A stretch of DNA of 64,000 bases from Piscirickettsiaceae bacterium. GTDB taxonomy: Bacteria > Pseudomonadota > Gammaproteobacteria > Nitrosococcales > Methylophagaceae. Of the stretch, positions 17,854 through 26,303 are shown piece by piece. Both the position numbers and the translations under genes were made by a program. The notes under the pieces are model-generated. The model saw only the letters and a list, made by a program, of their open reading frames with translations. It did no database searches and was not told the origin of the DNA. The stretch spans positions 1,128 to 65,127 of the forward strand of contig JABSQO010000008.1 of NCBI GenBank assembly GCA_013215775.1, read 5' to 3'. Every line of letters begins with the position of its first letter. The stretch's first letter is position 1.

Positions 17854-19224
17854 TTAATGCAAGTCATTTGTAATTATACTTTTTAACGTATTAATATATT
17901 GCTGGATGATCTCCGCACTTCCATTACTTTCTATATTCAGACGTAATAATGGCTCCGTATTAGATGCTCGCAAATTAAAGCGCCAAGTGGAAAAGCACAT
18001 GCTTAGACCATCAGTATCATCTTGTTCGAGATAATCACTCTTAAAATGATTTTTGACTCTTTCGATGCTTGCTTCAACATCATGTACTTTGTAATTAATC
18101 TCACCACTACAAGGAAATAATTCAATTCGCTCGCTAACCATACTTGATAGTGACGTGCCCGTTACGCTAAGTAGCTCAGATACTAATAACCATGGAATCA
18201 TGCCGCTATCACAATAAGCAAAGTCACGAAAATAGTGATGGGCACTCATTTCACCACCATAAATAGCATTTTCAAACCGCATCCGTTCTTTTATAAAAGC
18301 ATGACCTGTTTTACTTTGTATTGCTTGTCCGCCAGCATTTTCTACTATATCTATGGTATTCCATATCAGTCGCGGATCATGGATTATTTTTTCACCAGGA
18401 TTTTTAGCCAAAAATGCTTCGGCCAATAGACCTACAATATAATAACCTTCGATAAACTCACCGTTTTCATCAAATAGGAAACAACGATCAAAATCTCCAT
18501 CCCATGCGATTCCCATATCAGCATTATGTTGACGAACCGCCTTTGTTGTTACATCACGATTTTCTGGTAACAGGGGATTTGGAATGCCGTTTGGAAACGT
18601 GCCGTCAGCATCATGGTGTATTTTTATAAATTCTATTGGCACTTTTGCTTGCTGAAAATGTTGTTCTATTGCATCAATCACATGCCCTGCCGCACCATTT
18701 CCAGCATTAACAACCAATTTTAATGGCTTAATATTCGATAAATTTATATATCCTAAAAGGTGATTAATATACTCTTCTTGAACTGAGTGATTTTGAAAGG
18801 TTCCTTGCCGAGATGACACAGGGAAATTGTTTTCTTCAGCAAGGCACTGAATTTCTTTCAGACCTGTATCGCCACTAATAGGTTTTGCCCCTCGACTTAC
18901 GAGCTTCATACCATTAAAGTCAATCGGGTTGTGACTGGCAGTAACTTCTATACCGCCATCAACATCTAAATGAAATGCTGCAAAATATATTTCTTCTGTG
19001 CCTACCATACCAAGATCAAGCACATCAACACCTGACTCCATCAATCCTTTCGCGAGGGCTTGTTTTAATGGCTGACTAGAAAGACGAATATCGCCACCAA
19101 TAACAACCTTTTTAGCTTTCAAATAATGTGCATAGGCTCGACCAATACGATAGGCAATATCTTCATTTAATTCATCACCTAACTTCCCACGAATATCGTA
19201 GGCTTTGAAACAAGTCAGCGTCAT
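17854..19224 (-). CDS. manB: Phosphomannomutase
   Basis: 456 aa. Active-site loop [15 protein letters not shown], metal site [13 protein letters not shown] and sugar loop [10 protein letters not shown]. Confidence 0.9.
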   Translation of the reverse strand: MTLTCFKAYDIRGKLGDELNEDIAYRIGRAYAHYLKAKKVVIGGDIRLSSQPLKQALAKGLMESGVDVLDLGMVGTEEIYFAAFHLDVDGGIEVTASHNPIDFNGMKLVSRGAKPISGDTGLKEIQCLAEENNFPVSSRQGTFQNHSVQEEYINHLLGYINLSNIKPLKLVVNAGNGAAGHVIDAIEQHFQQAKVPIEFIKIHHDADGTFPNGIPNPLLPENRDVTTKAVRQHNADMGIAWDGDFDRCFLFDENGEFIEGYYIVGLLAEAFLAKNPGEKIIHDPRLIWNTIDIVENAGGQAIQSKTGHAFIKERMRFENAIYGGEMSAHHYFRDFAYCDSGMIPWLLVSELLSVTGTSLSSMVSERIELFPCSGEINYKVHDVEASIERVKNHFKSDYLEQDDTDGLSMCFSTWRFNLRASNTEPLLRLNIESNGSAEIIQQYINTLKSIITNDLH

Positions 19225-20675
19225 TATTCTCGACCATACATATCGTCAAACCGCACAATATCATCTTCGCCAAGATATTCACCACTTTGCACTTCGATAA
19301 TAATCAAATCAACAACACCAGGGTTCCCTAACCGATGTTTATGTCCTGCGGAGATATACGTTGATTCATTTTTATTTAACAGAAACTCTTTACCATCATT
19401 CGTTACTTGGGCTATTCCGCTCACCACAACCCAATGCTCACTGCGGTGATGGTGTGTTTGCAAGGAAAGATAAGCAGCTGGTTTAACAACAATACGCTTG
19501 ATTTGAAAATTCTCGCCTTCTTCAAGGACGGTATAGGTACCCCATGGTCGGTGAACTTCTAAATGTGTTTTATGAAGGTTATATTCACCTTGTTTGAGTT
19601 GAGTAACAATCTTTTTAACATCTTGACTACGTGTTTTATCGGCGATTAACAATGCATCAGCCGTGTCTACAATAATTAAGTTGTCAATACCAATAGCACC
19701 AACCATTCGTCCTTCATTTTGAATATAACAATTTGTCACATCATGCAGTAATGCCTGACCTACTACACGATTACCATCTGAATCTGGCTGTTTAAGCTCA
19801 CTAATCGCATACCACGAACCAATATCACTCCAGCCAATATCACAAGCAATCATCGCCACTTTGTTCGATTTTTCCATTAACGCAAAATCAATAGAAATAT
19901 CAGGAGCATGACTAAAATCATCTTCTGTCAATCGAATTGAACCCGTGTTTTCATTACTTTTTGAATACGAACTCGCGAAACTAGCTTTGGCACTATTAAG
20001 TACCTCTGGTGCATACTGTTCCAGCTCTGCCAAGAGGGTTCCGACACTAAAGCAAAACATGCCTGAATTCCAAAAATAATTGCCCGAAGCAAGATATTCT
20101 TTTGCTTTATCAAGTGACGGTTTTTCAACAAACTGTTTAACGACATAACCCTGACTATTTGTACCGGCAAGTAAATCTGAATGACTATCTGCTGCAATAT
20201 AACCAAATCCTGTTTCAGGAGTTTCTGGTCGAATACCAAATGTTACTAAATAAGCTTGTTGTGCTAATTGAGTCGCATTGGAAACAGCTTCTGAAAATGC
20301 ATCTTGGTCAACAATCAAATGATCTGCCGCTAACACTAGCATAAGGGCATCGTCACCATGAGATTTGGCTATTTTAAGTGCTGCAATGGCAATGGCTGGG
20401 GCAGTATTCCGACCGAAAGGCTCTAAAATAAAAGAGCATGGTAGATCACCTGTATTTACCAGCGAATAATCATCTTGAGTTTTGAAGTATAGATCTCGAT
20501 TTGTGACTGTGATGATTTCGACTACATTCGATAAATTTACAGCTCTAGATAATGTTTTTTGCAACAAAGTTTCACCATCTTCCATGAGCATAAATGGTTT
20601 TGGATGCAACTCTCTTGAAACAGGCCACAGACGACTTCCCGCACCTCCTGATAAAATTATAGGTATCAGTTCCAT
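19224..20675 (-). CDS. manC: Bifunctional mannose-1-phosphate guanylyltransferase / mannose-6-phosphate isomerase (type II PMI)
   Basis: 483 aa. N-terminal [18 protein letters not shown]-terminal cupin [19 protein letters not shown]...[10 protein letters not shown]. Confidence 0.9.
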   Translation of the reverse strand: MELIPIILSGGAGSRLWPVSRELHPKPFMLMEDGETLLQKTLSRAVNLSNVVEIITVTNRDLYFKTQDDYSLVNTGDLPCSFILEPFGRNTAPAIAIAALKIAKSHGDDALMLVLAADHLIVDQDAFSEAVSNATQLAQQAYLVTFGIRPETPETGFGYIAADSHSDLLAGTNSQGYVVKQFVEKPSLDKAKEYLASGNYFWNSGMFCFSVGTLLAELEQYAPEVLNSAKASFASSYSKSNENTGSIRLTEDDFSHAPDISIDFALMEKSNKVAMIACDIGWSDIGSWYAISELKQPDSDGNRVVGQALLHDVTNCYIQNEGRMVGAIGIDNLIIVDTADALLIADKTRSQDVKKIVTQLKQGEYNLHKTHLEVHRPWGTYTVLEEGENFQIKRIVVKPAAYLSLQTHHHRSEHWVVVSGIAQVTNDGKEFLLNKNESTYISAGHKHRLGNPGVVDLIIIEVQSGEYLGEDDIVRFDDMYGRE

Positions 20676-21006
20676 ACTAAAATATCTTCACCTTTAACAA
20701 TACAAGAATAAAAACCAACACGTTTCGCTTTGGGTGAGATGCAGTATATCCTAATTGGCAGCCCACTCTACCCCTCTTTTAGGCCTAGGAAGACACTTAA
20801 TTTATAAAAGCTTCTAATCTCAACGATATGCTAGTTAAGAATTTTCAGATCATTGCCTCATATTCAGTCGGTAAAATATATTCCCTAACTTTTGATGCAA
20901 GCATTATGATCATCGGATGATTGTCCAAGCCTATACATTCCCACTTAATATTCTATCGTAAAAGTTCACTTTAAAACTCATATACTCTCGTTATCAAGTC
21001 ATTAAA

Positions 21007-21612
21007 CTAGGATTGATATCGCCAGTATGGTTTACTTAAAATATAGACTATTAAAATAGGCAATATAAAGACAGAAAAATAAGTCGTTAAATCAAAGATA
21101 AAATTGATCGTAGTCGTGGATAGTGGTGAGAAGTAACTCTCATAGGGAATCTTACTTAACGCAGGATCATAAACAAAATACTGAGATTCAGCGGACAAAT
21201 ATACATAAATAGGAAGCATTATCTTTATCCACAGATATAGTGTAGTAATAAAGAATAATACGCATGTCCCCAAAATTATGTTTTTTATCCTTTTATAAGG
21301 AAGAGATGTAGCTGCTGCCCAATAGATCGGATAAGAAAATAATACAAGAGAAATCTGATTAATTCTAAAGTTCATCGACTGTAATTCACTCGGTTCTGGC
21401 GCAACAATCCTTGTTGCCGCAACCCAAGAATTTTCATCCAGCATGAATAATTTAGGGTAGATATGTGGCAATGTTTTTTCGAATAAAAATGCACTTATTT
21501 CACTAAAAGCTGGAATCAACACTGGCTGGAGAATAAAAAGCCAAAAGCCAATATAGAATATAAACCAAAGCAGAGCCAAACGAAAAACAGGTATAAGGTT
21601 AGGATGTAACAT
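21007..21612 (-). CDS. Polytopic membrane protein, partner of the mini-exosortase (function unknown)
   Basis: 201 aa, ~5 TM segments, no motif recognised. Its start overlaps the exosortase-like gene by 14 nt, which suggests translational coupling. Confidence 0.5.
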   Translation of the reverse strand: MLHPNLIPVFRLALLWFIFYIGFWLFILQPVLIPAFSEISAFLFEKTLPHIYPKLFMLDENSWVAATRIVAPEPSELQSMNFRINQISLVLFSYPIYWAAATSLPYKRIKNIILGTCVLFFITTLYLWIKIMLPIYVYLSAESQYFVYDPALSKIPYESYFSPLSTTTINFIFDLTTYFSVFILPILIVYILSKPYWRYQS

Positions 21613-22114
21613 TATTTTCAGGTTCGTGGCTACTGAAATAAGAAATCCAAGCTAAAAATATCACTAATACCCATAACTGTAGTAGTAAAGGCCAAACATT
21701 TTCATGAATAAAATTAAATGTACTTAATTCATACCAATGACCAATATAAACAAGGCTAACCAGTCTTATAATATTGACAATCTGTATCAATACCGCACCA
21801 ACAATCAGTCCACATAAGCGCCATTTCCAGTGTAGTGGATAGGCCAAAATACCAGCATAAAGTAAGACAGTTACAAATAAACCACTACACGTTTCAGTAA
21901 CAGTGATGAAGAAACCATCAGAAATACCTAATCCCAAGGTATGAGCCAATGATGAGCTAGGCTTGGAAATAAAATCACTATCGAAAACATTCGTAATAAT
22001 CGCTGTTACTTGAGCAAGTAAATAAGTGAAATTATTAACGACTGATGAACCAAACGATAATAACCAATAACCTACTAGAAACACTATCAGGAAGATTGTA
22101 AAAAAACGAGCCAT
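21599..22114 (-). CDS. Minimal exosortase/archaeosortase-family protein (171 aa; XrtH-like by size)
   Basis: 5 predicted TM segments. It has the ordered catalytic-type residues of the family: Cys in VTETCSGLF, Arg in IQIVNIIRLVSL and His in FNFIHENVWP. Confidence 0.6.
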   Translation of the reverse strand: MARFFTIFLIVFLVGYWLLSFGSSVVNNFTYLLAQVTAIITNVFDSDFISKPSSSLAHTLGLGISDGFFITVTETCSGLFVTVLLYAGILAYPLHWKWRLCGLIVGAVLIQIVNIIRLVSLVYIGHWYELSTFNFIHENVWPLLLQLWVLVIFLAWISYFSSHEPENNVTS

Positions 22115-22123
22115 GCGGTTTAT

Positions 22124-23008
22124 CTAAACTTGAGAACTACTGGTGACATTAGAATCTGACCTAGCGATAGTTTTCTTTTGTGGTGATGGAGAGTAAATAA
22201 ACGGTTGAATCAGAGTACTGATTAAGCCTTGTTCCTTGTCTGACCTAAAGTATTCCAAACCTAGGCGAAGCTCTTCTTGCTCTGCTATAGGGATGTGTTG
22301 ATATGTACCGAACATACGATCCCAAAAACTAAAAACATCCGCATAATTAGAGTTAGTCTGTGCTTTATCGGCCGAGTGGTGAACGCGGTGCATACTAGGC
22401 GTTACAATGACCATTTTCAGTATCTTATCTAATTTATCTGGTACTCGTATGTCAGAATGTGGCCAAAATGCATAAAATCCATACACAACATTATAGACAA
22501 GGAATACCCATATATCGACACCAAGGAGCACCGTAGTTAAGAAAACTAAAGGAATATCTAGCATTCGCTCTAAAGGATGAAACCTAAGCGAAACTGAAAA
22601 ATCCAAATCTTTATCTGTATGATGGATTAGGTGAAACCGCCATATTGGTCGCCATGCATGTGAAAAACGATGCAACCAATAAACAAAAAAGTCATGTAAA
22701 ACGAAATAAGCTAAAAGTTGCAATCCAACAGAGGCATTCGGCAAATAATTAAATAAGCCAAACTCAAAAGATGATGCACTAGATTCAGCAGTAAAATTGA
22801 ACCATTTTAATAATGAATAAGAGATTAAACTTGTGAGCATGTAAAGCGAGAGATTAACAAACCAACGTCTAATCTCAGGTTCTCTTTTTTTGCAGTACCT
22901 ATACGTGCTCGTAATAGAGTCTAGGAATATGTAAAAAACAACCAAGCCACACAGGTAAACAAATACACCCTTACCACCTAGAAACTCTATAATTAATTCT
23001 AAATCCAC
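22124..23008 (-). CDS. Fatty-acid hydroxylase / sterol desaturase superfamily membrane protein
   Basis: 294 aa, polytopic. Three His boxes: HDFFVYWLHRFSH, HLIHHTD and MHRVHHS. GTG start at 23008, 8 nt after the stop of the 57-aa ORF. Confidence 0.75.
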   Translation of the reverse strand: MDLELIIEFLGGKGVFVYLCGLVVFYIFLDSITSTYRYCKKREPEIRRWFVNLSLYMLTSLISYSLLKWFNFTAESSASSFEFGLFNYLPNASVGLQLLAYFVLHDFFVYWLHRFSHAWRPIWRFHLIHHTDKDLDFSVSLRFHPLERMLDIPLVFLTTVLLGVDIWVFLVYNVVYGFYAFWPHSDIRVPDKLDKILKMVIVTPSMHRVHHSADKAQTNSNYADVFSFWDRMFGTYQHIPIAEQEELRLGLEYFRSDKEQGLISTLIQPFIYSPSPQKKTIARSDSNVTSSSQV

Positions 23009-23016
23009 AGAGTTTG

Positions 23017-23190
23017 TTATTTTTTATTTTTAAATCTCGTGCTTAACTTTTTCGCTCCAATAGCCGCAATAACGATACCACCAGAAATTAAGGCAAAACC
23101 TGAATCAAATGTAGATGCTGTTGGACTCAGCGCTGCATTAGCCACTTCACCAAAGCTCATAAGAACAACTAATAACGTAAATTTTTTCAT
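23017..23190 (-). CDS. Unannotated 57-aa pre-peptide: signal peptide plus a C-terminal sorting-signal-like TM and basic tail
   Basis: Below the 60-aa cut-off of the ORF track. My translation: MKKFTLLVVLMSFGEVANAALSPTASTFDSGFALISGGIVIAAIGAKKLSTRFKNKK*. Shine-Dalgarno GAGAGGA lies 5 nt upstream of the ATG (23190..23188), and the stop TAA is at 23019..23017. It is the first gene of the cassette. Confidence 0.55.
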   Translation of the reverse strand: MKKFTLLVVLMSFGEVANAALSPTASTFDSGFALISGGIVIAAIGAKKLSTRFKNKK

Positions 23191-23334
23191 TTCTATCCTC
23201 TCAATCCAATAAATATCAAATTTTTACAGCCTAAACAGTACATCCCAACCAGCTAACAAACCACTACCTTTCGATTTACATCAAATTCAATTCTTATAGT
23301 AAAGACTATCATCACATATCTACAAACTTTTAAG

Positions 23335-23357
23335 TACCCCCCTTAAGTAGGGGGGTA
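23335..23357. repeat. G6/C6-core palindrome in the divergent promoter region
   Basis: tacccccc (23335-23342), loop ttaagta, ggggggta (23350-23357). The heptamer ttaagta also directly precedes the left arm. The core resembles the hairpin at 8788-8817. Confidence 0.7.
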
Positions 23358-23473
23358 TCTACTACAAGTAAAAATCATCCTTTAGCTTGTTAAGGATAAC
23401 TTAACTTATTGATTCATTGTCTTAAATCTGATAGGTTTCAACATACTATACGTATGGAAACTTAAAGATTAAG

Positions 23474-24559
23474 ATGGCAAAACAAACAAATTATCGTCTT
23501 GAGCAACTTTCGCAGCTGGACTTACCAAGCCAAATATTTATCCCTGCACTATTACAAGAATTGCACTTCACCATCCCTTCACTATCAAATACATTTTGCT
23601 GGCAGGATGACGATGGAAGCCTAAGCAATATTTATGATGAAGTATCCAATACAACAATTCTAAAGAAATTTATTATTTCACTATCAAACACTACGCCAAA
23701 GAAGCATAATCATATAAATAGCTGCATTATCCAGTTAGCAAAACCAATCACGTCATTTGAACATACTAAACAGTATCCCTTTCTTGCCGAATGTTACAAA
23801 ACAGTTTTATTACCTTTAGGTTATGTAAATACCTGTTTTATCCCGATATTTCATGACAAAACGAGCAAACGCCTTGGCCTACTAATGATCCATAGAGCTA
23901 AGAATGATAATCCATTTAGTGAAGATGACTACTTAAACCTTGAATTTATTACAAGTATCATTGCTGAAGGCCTAGCCCCCCCTAATCACCGACCACTTTT
24001 TATGACGGATGGTTTAGAACAGGGCATTCTCATTGTTGATAGCATAGGTGAACTTCAGCGTGCATGTCCGATGGGAGAAAAACTTCTCTCAATGGCATCA
24101 TCGCCCACTTTTAATCTCACATCTTCAGCAAATTTCTCACCTTATAACCTTCATGTTTTTCCTCAATATTCGGACTTAATTCAAACTATCCTTGATACCG
24201 ACAATAAACGAGAAGTACCATCCTTTAAAGCTTTAACCATTAAAAATGCATGGGGTGAATTTAAATTGCATAGTTTTATGATTGAAGATAAGGCGGGGAG
24301 ACGTTCAGCACAAATAGGATTGAATATTCGTCGGCAAGAACCATTTTCACTGACACTGTTTCGAAAAATAAAGAAACTAAAACTGACGCCTCGACAAGAA
24401 ACAGTCAGCTTACTTTATGCTTCTGGAGACCACCATCAAACTATCGCCGAAAAACTTAATTTGAGCCTTTATACAGTAAAGGAACATGTTAAAAACATAA
24501 CCACCCGACTTGATATTCATTCAAGAGCCGATCTAATTGAGCTAATTCTTTGCGATTAA
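23474..24559 (+). CDS. LuxR-family transcriptional regulator with an uncharacterised ~290-aa N-terminal domain
   Basis: 361 aa. C-terminal LuxR/GerE helix-turn-helix LTPRQETVSLLYASGDHHQTIAEKLNLSLYTVKEHVKNITTRLDIHSRADLIELI. No receiver or autoinducer-binding motif recognised upstream. Confidence 0.75.
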   Translation: MAKQTNYRLEQLSQLDLPSQIFIPALLQELHFTIPSLSNTFCWQDDDGSLSNIYDEVSNTTILKKFIISLSNTTPKKHNHINSCIIQLAKPITSFEHTKQYPFLAECYKTVLLPLGYVNTCFIPIFHDKTSKRLGLLMIHRAKNDNPFSEDDYLNLEFITSIIAEGLAPPNHRPLFMTDGLEQGILIVDSIGELQRACPMGEKLLSMASSPTFNLTSSANFSPYNLHVFPQYSDLIQTILDTDNKREVPSFKALTIKNAWGEFKLHSFMIEDKAGRRSAQIGLNIRRQEPFSLTLFRKIKKLKLTPRQETVSLLYASGDHHQTIAEKLNLSLYTVKEHVKNITTRLDIHSRADLIELILCD

Positions 24560-24594
24560 CAGCTCTTTTTATGCGTTCATCGACTTAATAAAAT

Positions 24595-25167
24595 CTATTT
24601 CATGGCAAGCTGAACAGGTCTAAATGACTTTCGATGGATCTCCGTTATCCCGAGCTCTAATAATGCCTGTTGATGCTGTTTTGTTGGATAACCTTTATGT
24701 TTGGCAAGACCATACCCCGGATAACACTTATCCATTTCAACCATCTCTCTATCTCTTGCCACTTTAGCTAAAATCGATGCAGCAGCTATAGCTGGTTCTG
24801 ATTGGTCGCCTTTAATAATAGTTGTTACAGGACACGATAAATCTGGAGCTTGATTACCATCCACTAAGGCATGTGAAGGTTGTATAGACAATCCTTCTAC
24901 TGCTCGTTTCATGGCTAATAGCGTTGCTTGTAGAATATTAATTTGATCAATTTCTTCTGGCTCAGCACGCCCTAATGACCACGCTAAAACATTTTCTTTA
25001 ATAATCGGCTCTAGTTGTTCACGACGTTTTTCAGTTAATTTCTTAGAATCATTCAAACCTTCAATTGGTTTGTTGGGATCCAATATAACGGCAGCAGTAA
25101 CAACTGGTCCAGCTAAAGGTCCTCGCCCAACCTCATCGATACCAACGATGTAAATTGGTTTTGTCAT
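24595..25167 (-). CDS. rnhB: Ribonuclease HII
   Basis: 190 aa. [20 protein letters not shown] and [11 protein letters not shown] motifs. It follows lpxB with a 4-nt overlap, which is the conserved lpxB-rnhB pair. Confidence 0.92.
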   Translation of the reverse strand: MTKPIYIVGIDEVGRGPLAGPVVTAAVILDPNKPIEGLNDSKKLTEKRREQLEPIIKENVLAWSLGRAEPEEIDQINILQATLLAMKRAVEGLSIQPSHALVDGNQAPDLSCPVTTIIKGDQSEPAIAAASILAKVARDREMVEMDKCYPGYGLAKHKGYPTKQHQQALLELGITEIHRKSFRPVQLAMK

Positions 25168-26303
25168 GTCAACATGGTGAGCACTTGTTTTGCAGCATTT
25201 TGGGCGCCACCAGCAGGACCAAGAGCCGTTAATACTTGTTGACGAATATCTTCTGCTGCAGCTTTGCTATTTACCTGTGTTAATAATCGTGAGAGCTCTT
25301 TGTCTAGTCGTTCGGCAGTCACATCATCTTGTAATAATTCAAGAATCAATGATTTCTTTGTCACAATATTACATAAGCCAACATAGGGGATTTTGACCAG
25401 TTGTTTTAGAATTCGATACGTCATTGGTGCGACACGGTAAACAATTAGGTGCGGCACACCTAACAAAGCAATTTCAAGTGTTACTGTGCCCGATGCCGCC
25501 ACAATGGCATCACATGCTGAGGTGAGTTCATAGAAATCACCAACTACTACTTTGATAGGTAATTTAGTTTTCTTCAGGATAGGCTTAAGCACTTCCACAT
25601 CAAGACCTGATGCCAATGGCAATACAATGCTCACATCATAATGATGGTGATGTATCTGTTCAGCCGCTTCTATCATTATCGGTAATAGTGCTTCTACTTC
25701 ACTACGGCGGCTCCCAGGGAATAATCCAATAACTCGATGTTCAGGATCTAAATCGAATTTGGTTTTCGCTTGTTCTATAGTTAATGTCTTTTGAACAGCA
25801 TCCACTAATGGATGGCCCACGCACGTCACTGGGACCCCAGCCTTCTCATAAATGGGCACTTCAAAAGGAAAAAGTACAGCGATATGATCAACCACTTTTC
25901 GAATCGTTTGCACCCGACCTTTACGCCATGCCCACACTTTAGGACTAATATAATAAAGGACAGGAATGCCTAATTTTTTAGCCACTTTGGCCAATTTTAA
26001 GTTAAAGCCTGGATAATCAACCAACACCAATAAATCAGGGCGATCGACCTTTAATAAGGCTACTATTTGATTAAATATTTTCTTGATATATCGATAGCGC
26101 TTAAGAACTTCAACTAGGCCCATTACCGCTAATTCAGAAAAATCAACAATGATCTCAGCACCCGCAGAACGCATATTTTCACCACCAATTCCCTTGACGG
26201 TGACATCCGGTGCGATTTGTTTTAATTCTACGATCATTCTTCCAGCATGAGCATCGCCTGAAGCTTCGCCCGTTATAACAATAATATTTGCTTGAAGACT
26301 CAA
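25164..26303 (-). CDS. lpxB: Lipid-A-disaccharide synthase
   Basis: 379 aa. N-terminal [19 protein letters not shown], with [12 protein letters not shown], typical of GT19 LpxB. Confidence 0.9.
   Translation of the reverse strand: MSLQANIIVITGEASGDAHAGRMIVELKQIAPDVTVKGIGGENMRSAGAEIIVDFSELAVMGLVEVLKRYRYIKKIFNQIVALLKVDRPDLLVLVDYPGFNLKLAKVAKKLGIPVLYYISPKVWAWRKGRVQTIRKVVDHIAVLFPFEVPIYEKAGVPVTCVGHPLVDAVQKTLTIEQAKTKFDLDPEHRVIGLFPGSRRSEVEALLPIMIEAAEQIHHHHYDVSIVLPLASGLDVEVLKPILKKTKLPIKVVVGDFYELTSACDAIVAASGTVTLEIALLGVPHLIVYRVAPMTYRILKQLVKIPYVGLCNIVTKKSLILELLQDDVTAERLDKELSRLLTQVNSKAAAEDIRQQVLTALGPAGGAQNAAKQVLTMLT

Noticed and set aside
20762-20776. Possible ops/JUMPstart-like element upstream of manC. 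The minus strand reads AGGGGTAGAGT, against the ops consensus GGCGGTAG.
   Set aside because: There are two mismatches in the 8-nt core, and I could not find an accompanying JUMPstart context. This is too weak to call.
23017-23190. An alternative reading of the 57-aa peptide as a GlyGly-CTERM (rhombosortase) target, because of the ISGG at the start of its TM helix, or as an Flp-type pilin.
   Set aside because: No rhombosortase or tad/flp genes are nearby, and there is no G/xxxxEY Flp motif. The adjacent processing-enzyme candidate is exosortase-like. I keep this only as a caveat.
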